Shown here: positions 10,330 through 23,448 of the stretch, one piece after another
Layout: each line of letters begins with the position of its first letter
How positions within the stretch are numbered: the first letter of the stretch is position 1
Assembly: GCA_951406725.2 (NCBI GenBank)
Contig: OX597816.1
Coordinates: 98,084,001 to 98,148,000, forward strand
DNA: 64,000 bases
Source of the DNA: Octopus vulgaris
Taxonomy: Eukaryota
Reading direction: 5' to 3'
Notes under the pieces: model-generated
What the model saw: only the letters and a program-made list of their open reading frames with translations
Database searches by the model: none
What the model was told of the DNA's origin: nothing
Translations under genes and position numbers: made by a program

Positions 10330-13300
10330 AGCTCCTTTATAGGTCCAGTGGCTAAAGACATCATCAGGGGGAATTATATCCGGTTTCGGACCCTACTCTT
10401 CAACTATTTCCGACATGGCGGGCCCTCCCTTTGGGAGGTGTCTTCAGCTCTGGTGTTGATTGCGTTTCTTCTTTTTCCTTTTTTCTTTTGTTCTTTGGTT
10501 TCTTCGATGCAGCGTCATCGAATGTCAGCTGGCGAATGACCATCCTGCAAAATTACCCTTTAAATACTCGCTGGTAAGCTCCAGCATCCAGCACCAGCCA
10601 ACTGTCACGTGACACTGTCTAAGCTTCAGATAACCAATGGAGGGAAGGGCGCGTAGTTTTAGCCTGCACCCTCTCTAAATTTGCATTCGAACTGTGTTGT
10701 GTTAGTTTCAGTTCCAGCAGCCTGAGATCCACCACCTGTTTGGTGGTACTAGCCTACGAACCAGGAGGGAGGCGCGCTATGAACGAGATCGCTACCTTGG
10801 CCCACCCGTCAATCAGCGTTGCTGCTTAAGTGTCAGCCAGCCTCACCTAATAAACCCTTTTCGCAGTCGGCTTGTTATGGCTTTCACGCCATTTTTGGTC
10901 TTCTCGCTTCAGTCATATATAGAAGCTGGCTTTTTCGACTGCCTCCTGTAACCTCCTTATTACTTCTCTCAGCTCTGAGCGGGAAAATGTAAACCTTCTT
11001 TTAAATAATGTCGTCATTTTCCTTTCAATGAAACCCCTAGTCCCCACTGCTAGAGGTGATAATACTCGACAGTCTATCCTTGTTCTCTGCTCCATTCGAT
11101 TAATCTCTCATACCTCTTTTCCTTCCAATGCTCTGCATTAGCGATGTTCTCTTCCCATGGGACTGGCAGCTCTAGCAAAATTCCAATTTCCGTTCTGGAT
11201 TCCATAGGATTAAGTCCGTATTTTTTGTTGTTGTTATGAGTGGAATTATTAACAGTCTTTCCAAATCCACGGCCAGCTCCCAGTATCACTTCCATCTTTC
11301 GTCTGTCTCGTTTATTTTATTGGAAGGCCTGGCGTTATGTCCTTTTGCCTCCTTCTGGAAATTTTTCCGCGTTTTTCCACTTTTCGGTATTCTCTCCTAC
11401 TATATCCCTCGATCTTCTTGTGTTCTGCGCTTATGACACTGAGGACTTGATTTTGACGTCATGTATATCTGTCTAGTGCTAGCCTGCTGTTTGACAGAAC
11501 ATGTATCAGCGTCGCTTTCTCTCCGTATCTACATTCATCAGTTGTTTGTATGTTCCACCGGATTAAATTCGTCGGTGAAGGTAAAACGTCGAAGGTAAAC
11601 TTGATCAGGAAGGATGTTCTTGCTTGTTCCGAAGCCCAAATTTCCCTCCATGAGATTCTGCGACTGACAACATATTCCTCCCATCTCAGACACTGTCCTT
11701 GTTGACTACATTGCACCAAATGTACATTTCGCCTTTCTTCGTCCTCATTTCTCACTTCGCGTACCACTGCCTCTTACATCTCTTTTACACTGCTCTTGCA
11801 AAATGACTTGAAATTGTGCAACCCTAGACCGGCTCTTTCTTCTTGCGTTGTTCCGACTATATCGGCATGCCGTAGCTTTTCGAGCGCTCTGTTTACTGCC
11901 TCTTCTGCTTTCCATTTCCTCCCTGTTCTTACCTTTGGAATGGTTTCTCGGATGTTCCAAACTTTCGAATGCCTTAGCATCATTAATGTCCTTGCCTTTC
12001 TTGCATTATATTCTTCGGCGATTGATGTTATAGGTAGTTGCAGCATGGGATTTTCATATAGTGCAGTTGTATTGAGTAGTTTTGGAAGGCCAAGCCATTT
12101 TCTGATAAATATACTGCATCTTTGTTCTATCCTTTCTACTCTACTCGAGGTTATTTCGTACATTTGCAATGGCCACATTTTCCTTGGGTATAGTCTAAAT
12201 TGCAGTATCCAACATTTGAATTTCCCCGGTAACGTTGTTCCGTCAACGGCCTTTAGTTCTTGTTCCACTAAATCGTGTGTTTCTTTGCTTTGCTTCTTAT
12301 CATTTTGTAAATCTCCGTACCACCTGCCGAGACTCTTTACTGGTTGTTCTTTCACCGTTGGTATATCTTCACCTCCTATCCTGAATTTCACTCAATTTTT
12401 TGACTTTTTTCCAAAAGCTACGCTTCGAGAGTTTTGGGCTTTGAATTTCAATCTCGCCCATCCTATTACTTCGTCCAACCACGCAAACGTTCCATCTGAT
12501 GCTTCTATACTTTCTTATAATACTGTAACTTTGTCCATAACAGCCCTTAACGTGTCTATGTAAAAGATTTCTCACAGTTTACTGATATTAGTAGCATTTG
12601 CATGACTAGTACAACTAACATGACTGGTATCGTGCATCCAACTGCAATATCTAATTCAAGTCGTTGCCACGCCGTTGTGAACTTTCCTGCAGTAAATCTC
12701 ATCTTCAATTTATCGTAGTAACACATGAGTATTCGTTGAACATCTTCTGGAACCCAAAAGAAGTCCATAGCTGCTTGAATTAGTGCGTGTGGAACAGATC
12801 CATATGCATTGGCAAGATCTAACCAAACAATGTATAGGCTTTTTCTTCAGTTGTTTTGCACAGTTGATAACTTCCCAGATGGCAAATGCATGTTCTATGC
12901 ACCCAGGGATTCCAGTGATCCCTGCCTTTTGGATTGCTGCATTCCGTTATGCTCTACGAATTTTATGATTCGCCTTGCAATGATTTCAAACATGATTTTC
13001 CCATCGGTATTTAATAGTGAAATGAGTCTGAAATGAGTCTGAATTGCCCTAGTGGTTTTGCTTCCTTCTCTTTAGGTAAATAGATACGTTCAGCTATACA
13101 ACATCGCTCTGCTACGTCTTTCTTCTGCCACATTCCCTTTATCAGTGCAAACAGTTGTAAACGCAATTTCGGGCAATACTTATAAACCTTGTAGCTAAAT
13201 CCGTCGTTCACTGGTGAACTTCTTGCTCTTGCTTTTCTAATGAACTCATCCATTTCTTTCCGTCTGATGTCACTCGAATCGAAAGGTACCCTTGGTTCAG

Positions 13301-14200
13301 GTGGTTTCTTCAGCCCGAGCATTTCTGAGAGTACTTAATTTCTATCAGCGTCGCTGTATGTCACTTTAAGATGGTGTTTGAGCTCTTCTATAATGCAGTC
13401 TAACCTTCCAATCTTACTTTCAGTGAACAAATGTTTATCATATAGATATGGATTGTTTACAAAACTACGACAGTTATTTTCTCTCCCCTTTCTTCTGCTC
13501 TTCCTTCTTTCTTTCTTAGTTGTTTTTGATGCCGCTTTTTCATCTCTTCATAAATCTATGTTAACCCTTCTCTTTCCTCCTTCTTTGCATCCCTTCTTAT
13601 GGTTCTTAGTTTTTCCCTATCATGTATCTTTGCGATCCGTCTTTCTCTACTCGATGGTCTGCCTTAGCTGATGATTCTTCATTCTTAATGTAATTAGTAA
13701 TGTGGGGTCGAGCATTATCGCATTGAAGATCACGCCGTTTCACTGGCTGGGCCATTTCACCTGAATAACCTCGTTATGTCGAAGCATTGTTGATCATCTG
13801 TATTGGCTTCGTAGTTTTTTTCTTTTTTTTAAGTATTATCCCATTGTTTAGTCCTTCCCAATCGTAGATCACGATTTTACGTGGATAGAGTTGCTTCAGG
13901 TGTAATGTGTTTGTTGGGATTCAGCCATTCTCTCCTCTGCATCATATGGACATATACGCGTTATTTTGCACTTTCAATGATAGTGTAGTAAAGAAATCCC
14001 TGTGTCCACGAGTAGCTTGGTATAAAGTAAGCAAACTGGTGGCAGTCGAAGGACTTTGGTATTTATCACTTTTGTTCAGAATGTGTAACACATGTGTACA
14101 AACTTCAAGGCCTTCCCTATCGAATGTAGGCGACGAGTGAAGGAATCGTGTAAGTATTCTATCCGCTGGATTTCCTGTCATGAGAATTAGCGTGGATCCC
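10330..14200 (-). mobile_element. Hero-like non-LTR retrotransposon (RT plus restriction-like endonuclease), decayed; ends approximate
   Basis: Minus-strand pieces: SSPVNDGFSYKVYKYCP…IYLPKEK…QFRLIS (RT); FTTAWQRLELDIAVGCTI; VKSLGRWY…LPGKFKCW…WPLQMYEI…RKWLGLP; TGRKW; TFDVLPSPTNL; a degenerate CCHC; LELPVPWEE…KEKRYERL; VGTRGF (RLE). Stop at 10913. Confidence 0.88.
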
Positions 14201-14398
14201 CATAAATGAACGTGTTCAATCGATCCTCTTTAGGCTAAACATGTCAACCGGAAGGCACTTAGTGTGTGTGTTCGAATTTATGCAACTTTAAACGTGAAAG
14301 CATTTACGTAAAGTTCTTCTCGGAATGGTCCCTTCACCATCTAGAGCACAAATGTCTTAAGTAGCTTTGACACCATTCGAACTTTGATTAAAAGCGTA

Positions 14399-14527
14399 GA
14401 GAAGCGGGTATCACTTTTTAAACTTTGCCCTCAGTTGTTATATAATTTCTTTTTTTTAAATTTCGAAAACGATGAACAAGTTTTAGTAGAACTGAGAGCG
14501 AAGATTAAAAAGTGATATCCACTTCTC
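14399..14527. mobile_element. MITE with TIRs of about 38 bp and TA target duplication
   Basis: gagaagcgggtatcactttttaaactttgccctcagtt is a near reverse complement of aactgagagcgaagattaaaaagtgatatccacttctc. TA at 14397-14398 and 14528-14529. Confidence 0.7.
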
Positions 14528-14530
14528 TAT

Positions 14531-14690
14531 AAGTGTTGTATTACTCTTGAATACTCTCGTGATGTCATATAGGCCGCCTACCTTTTGTATCTTTTCGGAA
14601 AGGCCTTTCATATAGGGTAGGCAGACTCCTATCGAGTGCTTGCCGGCACAGATTGATAAGATATGGTGAGTAAAAGGTTAGCATCTTGTA
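14531..14690 (-). mobile_element. Penelope-like element fragment (RT-endonuclease linker)
   Basis: 14632->14531 translates IGVCLPYMKGLSEKIQKVGGLYDITRVFKSNTTL, a typical Penelope/Poseidon LPY..GLSE.I motif. Confidence 0.65.
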
Positions 14691-15494
14691 CCAATATCCA
14701 ACAACCAAATCTCTTCCAGGTGCTTTTCTATCCTGGAGTTTCTTGATGACAGTTGCAAGAGTTTCACCACTAATGTTGTATGTCTTGGGTGTAACTCAGT
14801 AGCAATAAAATCTTCGAAATTCTTTAAATCACAGAGTATCTTGGTTGAACTCCTTTTCCTTTTCACTCCAGATTTTCCTCCAGAAGGAGTCTATGTCTTC
14901 TCGTGAAGGAGCTTCTGTGATGGTCATTGTTCCTCCTCTTATGTCTCTGTATACTGCTGCGTAGTTCCGGTTAATTTGTTTTGTTTATTGTTCTTCTCTC
15001 GGTTATTCTAGCTCCTGCTTGAGAATTATCAGTTTGCAAGTGAGTGTCCTGATTTTGCTGTCTGCAAACATTATTTATATCTCCTCCTTTACCTTCTTGC
15101 TGGTAGGACGTATAGTGGTTTGCTTATTTGCACGCAAGTTGCATCATTACATGACCGATGGTCTTCCGTAAATTAATTATCATTTTCCCAGTTTTCAAAA
15201 CCTATGGTGGTACTTTTTTTGTTGTTCCGGTTTTGTTTACTTTTTGGGTGTCATTCATGTACTACTTTGCAGTAGTAGCCTGATCATATAGACAGGCGTT
15301 AATCTGCCAGAATATGGGTTTATCACACTGCTGTAGAAACTCATCACCAATTTCGTTCACGGCTTCTTATATCGCATCTGATGGTTTTTCACATACATTG
15401 GATAAAGAATAATCTCTCCTTGAGAGAGTACTTCAAAGCCAAAGTTATGCATGTTTGTATGTATGTATGTATGTATCTTTGCATCTCTCTCTCC

Positions 15495-15535
<41 letters not shown>

Positions 15536-15550
15536 GAATGTATATATATA

Positions 15551-15975
15551 TTGGTTCATCCCATAAATAATGTTGTTTTTTTTAATTGCATGAATTATAA
15601 GTCGGGTGGAGGACGGGATAAACTACCAGTAACAACTTGCTATAAAAGCATGTATTATTTTCTTAATGCAAAGTTTTGAAGGGCGCATTTCGACTTCAAC
15701 CAAATTTTTTTTTCAAAGCTATAATGGAAGTGACCAAGGGGCATATTCGGCGTGTTTTGCTTTATGAGTTCAATAAAGGTAACAACGCAACAGAAAGTGC
15801 GAGGAATGTTAATGAAGTATGTGGAGATAGGACAATAAGCCTAAGCCAGTGTCAACGATGGTTCCAGAAAGTCCGAATCGGAAACTACTGTCTAGACGAC
15901 GAGTCCCGTTCTGGAAGATCTGTAGAGCTCGACGAAGTCATCCTGCAAACTATGGTGAAACAAAATCCCATTTAG
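15551..15975 (+). mobile_element. Mariner element, 5' fragment (transposase HTH)
   Basis: 15724-15975 reads MEVTKGHIRRVLLYEFNKGNNATESARNVNEVCGD…QRWFQK…LDDESRSGRS and is truncated after the DNA-binding domain. Confidence 0.85.
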
Positions 15976-16474
15976 TTTTGAAAATGTACCCGAATTTGAA
16001 AAACGTGTAGCTATTTTTAAATAAAATTCTTTATATACATACAAAACTAGTTTCGACAAATGTTTATTTATCAATGGCACAAATATACATAAAACAACTG
16101 GATTTTAACAGAATTTAAAATTACGAAGTAGAAAACATGTTTAAATGATTAAAAGCTCACAAAATTCCATGACAGGGGTCCTCAAGAGAAAAAATCGAAG
16201 GGAATGGTTAATGACTACTCCATACATGGAAGTCACCAAGCAAGGATGCCAAAATTGACCAAAGCAAAAAACGAGACTTTTTATTAAAATAAAGTGACGT
16301 CACGAATCCTACTACCAATCAAAACCTGTTCTTATGTACAAAGAACCAACCAACAAACCAACCAATCAAAACACTAATGCCAAATCTATTTTCTGACCAA
16401 AAATGCCCACCAGAAAGAATAAGACGTCATCAGAATTATAACGAATCAAAAATTAGGTCCCTTCACGTAAAAGC

Positions 16475-16521
<47 letters not shown>

Positions 16522-16884
16522 AGATATTCTCTGATTCCAAAACACTCCGTTAAAAGGGAAAGTCTCTGTACACGACGAAAGAATGAACTACAGGCAAGAC
16601 GGCAGAAACTGTAAAAAAAAAACTGTTTTTACTCTCTTCTTTTCTTCTTTCTCTCTCTTGTCTACGTATTCTATAACAACTAAATATGACAGAACTGTTA
16701 ATAATGTAAACATGTTTTTCTACTTCGTCATTTTAAATTCTATTAAAATCCCGTTGTTTTATGTATATTTGTACCATTGATAAACAAAAAAAAAAAAATG
16801 TTGAAACTAGCTTGGTATGTATGTAAATAAATCTATTTAAAAACAACTGCAATTTTTCAATTTCAGGTGCATTTTCAAAACAAA
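15971..16884. repeat. Long imperfect inverted repeat (arms about 15971-16159 and 16692-16884)
   Basis: The arms are reverse complements throughout, e.g. gttttgaaaatgtacc/ggtgcattttcaaaac and acgaagtagaaaacatgttta/taaacatgtttttctacttcgt. Confidence 0.85.
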
Positions 16885-18522
16885 CACGCCTATATTTTTT
16901 TCCTACGTGGAAATACACCCCTTCTTTCCATTTCCTCTATTGCTCTGCTTTCGTCTAACTTTTTCTCCTTGTGTTTTCTGTTAAATCCTTGATATATATC
17001 GAGGAAATAGTTGAAAACTTAACGGACGGGGAATATAGACAGACACGATACACGGAAGAGTGGGAGCGTGGTTTCGTGACATTATCATTGAGACCAGCCA
17101 ATCTTGGATGCATCAGTGCTGTCATTAAGCTCCATTTTTACCCTTTCTCTCCTTTCCACATTTGGTTGCATTCCTTGAAGCTTTCTCTTCTCTCTCCTTC
17201 ATCCTGTTTCTTCATTCCATCTCTCTCTCTCTCTGTATCACATCCTTCCCCGCTCTCTATACTTCCTCTTCCCTACCATGTGACTAGTGTCCGGTGAAGG
17301 CGGTGATGAGCTTTTATACCCTGCCTTTTTCCAGACTTGTCATGCTGATCTGGGCTCCTGCAACATCCATTAGGACTTACTCCAGTTCACCTTGCGCAAA
17401 CCCACAAAGTTAGTTCGATAGCTGCAAAGCATTTTCTTTTGTATTTGTGATATTTGTTTAATTACTTTTATGTGTTTCTTCCATTGTACATAGCCGAAAG
17501 ACTTCGTGGTGTTATATATGCATAATTCTTCGTCTGTGGTATTTATGTAATATCTGTTTGTTTCTGTCTCTGTTTGTTACAGTCACTAGAATTTTTCCAG
17601 TAGCTTAATAACAGCACGAGTGTCTCCAAGGCTGAGTGGTCTTAATGATAATGGCGCGAAACTACGATGTTATTTTGGGTCATTGACTGACGAAAGAAAC
17701 TGAGTTACGAATATTCCAAGCATCGTCTCTTTGTCAATATTCCCCGCCCGTTAAGTTTCCGTCTATTTTCCCATTTGCTCTGTTTTCGTCTAACTTTTGT
17801 CCTTGTTGTGGTTCTGCCTATTCAATGCTTGATACATCCATGTTACGCAACGCACACCCTGTTTGTTTACTACATTCATGGATGTATCAAAAGTTGAATA
17901 TATATATATGTGTGTGTGTGTATGTGTATGTGTATTTACATGAGAGATAGTGCTATAAATATTTTTTGCGTAATAAATGTAGTCAAATGTTTCAAAACTA
18001 GCAGGCATTAACTCAAGATGGTTACAATAAATTTCTTCATAAAAATGCCAGAAACGTCCGGGTTTTGTTAGTGGTGGCTTCTGAAACAGCTCTTTCAAAT
18101 ATATGTAATGGACAAAGATGTGCAAGGAAAGCAGAAACTTAATGGACAGTGATATTTAAGAAGACGATGCAATTCGTAAAAGTAAAATTGCGTTAAGGAG
18201 ATTTTGTCACAATTGAATCTACAGGCCGAAAATGAAATGGGTTAATCCCAAATTTGTGATAGTATTATCTACCAATATGAGGTGAGGAAGGATAATTTCT
18301 GCTTAAAATGCATGCAATAATTGTAATAAGATATATTAGTCAATGTTATAGTCGAGAACAGGTTATATATTTCTAAAATCTAAAGCGACCTGTCCTCTAT
18401 TTTTCAGTAATCGTTAAGTTGAAATGGAAAACATGATTATAATTACTACTTTTATTCCATAATAGAATTTTAATATTACAATAATAATGATAAAATTAAA
18501 GATAATCACAACGACCAAAATA

Positions 18523-18540
18523 TTCTTCTTCTTCTTCTTC

Positions 18541-18572
<32 letters not shown>

Positions 18573-18622
18573 CTTCTTCTTCTTCTACTTCTTCTTCTTC
18601 TTCTTCTTCTTCCTCCTCCTCC

Positions 18623-18680
<58 letters not shown>

Positions 18681-18687
18681 CATCATC

Positions 18688-18759
<72 letters not shown>

Positions 18760-18760
18760 T
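18523..18760. repeat. (TTC)n/(ATT)n compound microsatellite
   Basis: Direct runs. Confidence 0.95.
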
Positions 18761-19054
18761 ATCATCGTCGTCGTCGTTATCTTTATCGTCATCATCATGT
18801 AGAGCTTCAATTTAATATTTGTCAATATTAGTATTATTAAAAAAAATTTAATTGTTATTTATTAGTTCTTAAATGCACTAAATATTTCCATTTTCGTAAA
18901 TTATTTCAAACTTTCGTATGCAAGATGAAGTAGAAATATATTACCGGTTTAACATCGATTTAGAGTTAGAGATTTAATTGCAGTACGTTGAATATTCAAA
19001 TATTTGTTTTTAAAATCCAACTAAGATACAAATGCTGCAAAATAATTTACCAAA

Positions 19055-19058
<4 letters not shown>

Positions 19059-19113
<55 letters not shown>

Positions 19114-19148
19114 CATTCATACATACATACATAATAAATACATACATA

Positions 19149-19223
<75 letters not shown>

Positions 19224-19429
19224 CGGAGATGTGCTTGCATAGCAAGTGTGTGCTGAGAGAGAAAGCGATTGCTGCGTGGAAGATGTTTGTAACCCATTTA
19301 AGGAAGTAACGGTTATATATACAACTTGAACAGACATACATATACACATAAGCATACATACATGCATATATGCACACATGCATGCTTACGTACATACATA
19401 CGTGCGTACATACATACATACATACATAC

Positions 19430-19460
<31 letters not shown>

Positions 19461-19474
19461 CATACATACATAGA

Positions 19475-19503
<29 letters not shown>
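19059..19503. repeat. (TA)n and (TACA)n microsatellites
   Basis: Direct runs. Confidence 0.9.
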
Positions 19504-19508
<5 letters not shown>

Positions 19509-19530
19509 AACACTTATTTCCTTATCGTAT

Positions 19531-19592
19531 TTATCGCTGATGACGAGAAAATTCTAAATGAATTAACTCAGAAATTGAGACCGATCCGATAA
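19531..19592 (+). ncRNA. Type I hammerhead ribozyme motif
   Basis: Stem I TTATCG/CGATAA; CTGATGA at 19537-19543; stem II GAG..AATTC/GAATT..CTC; GAAA at 19571-19574; stem III ATTG/CGAT with loop AGAC; cleavage triplet ATC at 19584-19586. Confidence 0.75.
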
Positions 19593-19985
19593 TAACGAAA
19601 TATTTTAGAAATTTCTATCGGCTTGCTTTCGAGAAGCGTGCTTGTAGTGATAGATTATATAGTTATTGGCGAATAAGTCTGTATTTTTGCATGTTTGGCA
19701 TTAGAATTTTTTCTTTTGCCCTTGTTTATAAGTTGTTTACGCAATTTAACCTTTAAAGGTATTTTTTTGATATGCAAGCCTCTGATAAAATTTTTTCGAA
19801 AATTTTATCCTATATTAGATATGTAAACACTTATATATATATATCATAAACTAGCTGTTACTTTCTCAGATGCAGCGCGATGTTTTGTCATTGAACAGGT
19901 CGCGATTTCAAAGCGACGAAAATATTTTGACAAAAATTAAATTTAAATGTTGAAGTGAAACTAAGGGTTTGTGTTGTGTTTTTAA

Positions 19986-20020
<35 letters not shown>

Positions 20021-20452
20021 AAGATAGAGAGAGGGAGAGAGAAAGTAAAGTATATTTGCCAACATAAATTGGCAGTCCTGATTAGGACGGTGTTACTACT
20101 TTTTTTTAGGACCAAATAAACATCTTTTCCAGCTGGCTATCGAGGCACAACTGCATCGTTATACCTCAACAAGGTCTTAGACCTTAGATGTCGTTACTCG
20201 GTGAAGAAATGTAAACTTACTTCACTTTACTGAAAAAATTGCAGCTGAATGTACAATCGGGAAAGAATCACATCACCAACATATTTACAAGATAGATATT
20301 GTTAGATAGTAAAAATTTGTAAGAGATAGACTTATGGATTTTATAGGGGAGTGCAAGGCAAATACTACGTTTTATGTTTAGCAAAACAAATTAGAATAAT
20401 GGAAAAGATTTTAAAAGTTACCATTAATTTGTAACAGAAGCATTGTATAGGC

Positions 20453-20656
20453 CAGTGATTTCCAACACTTTTATTTAAGTGAATTTTCCCACGGACCCCT
20501 TTGAATATGCTTATCCTTATATGTGTACATATATATGTATGTGTGTGTGTGTTTGTGTGTGAGTGTGTGTGTGAAATCTTGAATTTAGTTCACAGAACCC
20601 AAGTACGAACTTTGCAGACCACTAGGGTTCCACGGACACCAGGTTGGGAACCAATG
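20453..20656. mobile_element. hAT-Charlie-like MITE
   Basis: TIRs cagtgatttccaac and gttgggaaccaatg; imperfect 8-bp TSD gtataggc/gtgtaggt. Confidence 0.65.
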
Positions 20657-21008
20657 GTGTAGGTGTTTATATTATGTTTTTGCAAAATATATATCAGATA
20701 TTCTAGAAAATAAAGAAGTAGAAATGACTGAGCAAATGAGTGAGCTACAACCGGTGCTTCATTGGAAAAGTATACACAGCTGTGTGTACGTGTAAATATA
20801 CATATATAGATACAAGATGCAAACGACACACACATACGCATACGAGTGAAGGAACAAGGGAAACTAATTGGCACTTATCTCATCTGGTGTGAACTTGATT
20901 CAGCTTCATGCAATTCAAGATTTCGTAGGCTCGTAGAGTTGTTGCAGAGAAGCATAGAATCCTTAATGTAAGCATTCTATTATTGGGAAATATTATTTAT
21001 ATAGTTAT

Positions 21009-21107
<99 letters not shown>

Positions 21108-21190
21108 GCGTTTCTCTTGGTTATAGTTTGAATGGTTACCTCCCTTGGGTTCGCCACGGATGGTAAATTTGTTTGCATTATCTTATATTA

Positions 21191-21350
21191 TCCTTGTCAC
21201 ACTCTGTGTCACGCTGATCTCCATGAGAACTACGTTCGGGGTACACGTTTCTGTGGATTGTTCAGTCACTTGCACATTAACATCACGAGCAAGCTGTTCC
21301 GTTGATCGTATCAGCTGGGATCCTCGTCGTCGTAACCGATGGAGTGCTCC
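21191..21350 (+). mobile_element. SINE 3' fragment
   Basis: Diverged match to the 3' part of the adjacent SINE at 21373-21714. Confidence 0.75.
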
Positions 21351-21372
21351 TAATTTTATATTATATATTATG

Positions 21373-21714
21373 AGGGCAGTGGACTCGCGATCGTAGGATC
21401 GCAGTTTCGATTCCCAGACCGGGCATTGAGTTTTTATTTAGCGAAAACACCTAAAACTCCACGACGCCCCGACAGGAGTGGTGGCGAACTCTGCTGTACT
21501 CTTTCACCACAACTTTCTCTCACTCTATCTTCTTGTTTCTGTTGCACCTGTATTGCAAAGGGCCAGCCCTGTCACGCTGAGTCTCCCCGGGAACTACCTT
21601 GAGGGTACACATATCTGATGAACGTTGAGCCACTTGCACGTTAATTTCATGAACAGGCTGTTTCCTTGATCATATCAACTGGAGCCCTCATCGTCGTATC
21701 CGATGGAGTGCCAC
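21373..21714 (+). mobile_element. tRNA-derived SINE (octopus-type), near full length
   Basis: tRNA-like head with a B-box-like gtttcgattccc; the body and tail recur at 714-913 and 21191-21350. Confidence 0.8.
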
Positions 21715-21990
21715 GATTAGGAGGGTATTTGATATTACTATGCTGATGTAGTTCGTCGTGGGGCATATTTATTGTGTGAAATCCGTGTGTCATGTATATT
21801 CAAATTTCACATTCAAGAACTGAGCTATTCTGTTGGGATTAGCTGAAGAACTAAATATATACCGTACACAGATAACATCCTAAAAGTTAAGATGAAGTCG
21901 TCTCTCTCCGCATACACAAGCAACATTTCAAACTTAAACATTTTAAATAGGAACGAACACTTGCGACGCTAATCCCATTAGGATAGCACC

Positions 21991-22033
<43 letters not shown>

Positions 22034-22229
22034 ATTCACACACACACATATATATATAAAAATATCTCTCTCTATATATATATACAACACACACACATAC
22101 ACACATATGTGTTAATATAAAGGTAACGGGAAAACGCCCACTTCTGTCATGAATGACCATGAGATTGCACTTAGAATGTTTCCTTCCAAGGTGCAATTCC
22201 GGACAATGTTGATTGCCCATGCATATAAT

Positions 22230-22403
22230 CCTTCCCTTTCCACACTAGCGATATTATCCAGTGTCTATGCAGATTGACATCAATGACGTCGCAACTCATT
22301 TCTACAGCTGAGTGGAATAAATTGCCTTACTCAAGAACACAACACACAGTTCGGCCCGGAAATCGAACTCACTCTCATGATTGTGAGCCGGATCCTCTAA
22401 CCA
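22230..22403 (-). mobile_element. SINE fragment with tRNA-like head
   Basis: The minus strand reads tggttagagg…gagttcgatttcc…gtgttgtgttcttgagtaaggc…ccactcagctg. Confidence 0.6.
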
Positions 22404-23150
22404 TATACATTTCGAAATATACACACGCTTATATACTTTTAATCTTGTAATTGTTTCAGTCATGGTTTAATTACATTTAAATGGGCATTACATCAAAATC
22501 CGAGGTACGGGAAAACCGATCAATTCACTAATGGTAGCGTATTTTGAATAAGTTATGTATAATCAATGTGATAAAAAGGATTGGACGGAACTTAATTCAA
22601 AATTTTCTATATTAATTCTATTTAAAATCACTATAGTATACAAGTGTAAATTTTGGATTATTTGTGTCTTATGATAATGCTCAAATTGCTTTGTTTGTAG
22701 ATTTTGCCTTTTTATGAAAATGAAAGCAGAAAACTCCCCTACGAATTAAAATCATATAACAAAAAGTAACAGTTAAAAAAACGAATACTAATTTGTGAAA
22801 ATCCCACTTTTTCAACAAATGTTTTGTATCTTGGAAACTACACATTTTCAAAGTATAAAAAATCAGCTTCCAAAAACTATTATGCATAGTTCTAAAATAT
22901 TTTGATATATCTTGAATATTTTGAAAATATATTTAAAGCGCATCCACACAAATGACAGCCCTTGTATAGTAAACAAACCCAGAATGGGTTAAAATGACAT
23001 TCCAGTTTTCATTAAAAAATATTTGGACGTTTTGAAAAGCAGCCAAGTAATATATTTATTCTTCTTTTCTGTTAAAAATATCTCTTATGAACGAAGCAGG
23101 TAAAATGTAGTATTCATATACATACATAGGTATACATATATATAGAGATA

Positions 23151-23191
<41 letters not shown>

Positions 23192-23282
23192 GTATATATA
23201 TAAGTATATATACACACATATATATGTATATATATGTATATATATTTATATATATATATGTATATGCATATTTATAGCGATA

Positions 23283-23347
<65 letters not shown>

Positions 23348-23351
23348 TTAC

Positions 23352-23387
<36 letters not shown>

Positions 23388-23393
23388 TAATAG

Positions 23394-23448
<55 letters not shown>

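Noticed and set aside
11796-12563. 255-aa plus-strand ORF
   Set aside because: It is the antisense shadow of the Hero-like RT on the minus strand.
19851-20100. Possible minus-strand Helitron end (…cagCTAGt)
   Set aside because: No clear subterminal hairpin or 5' TC end was found.
21373-21430. tRNA gene candidates at SINE heads
   Set aside because: No complete cloverleaf forms, and the sequences continue into repeated SINE bodies.
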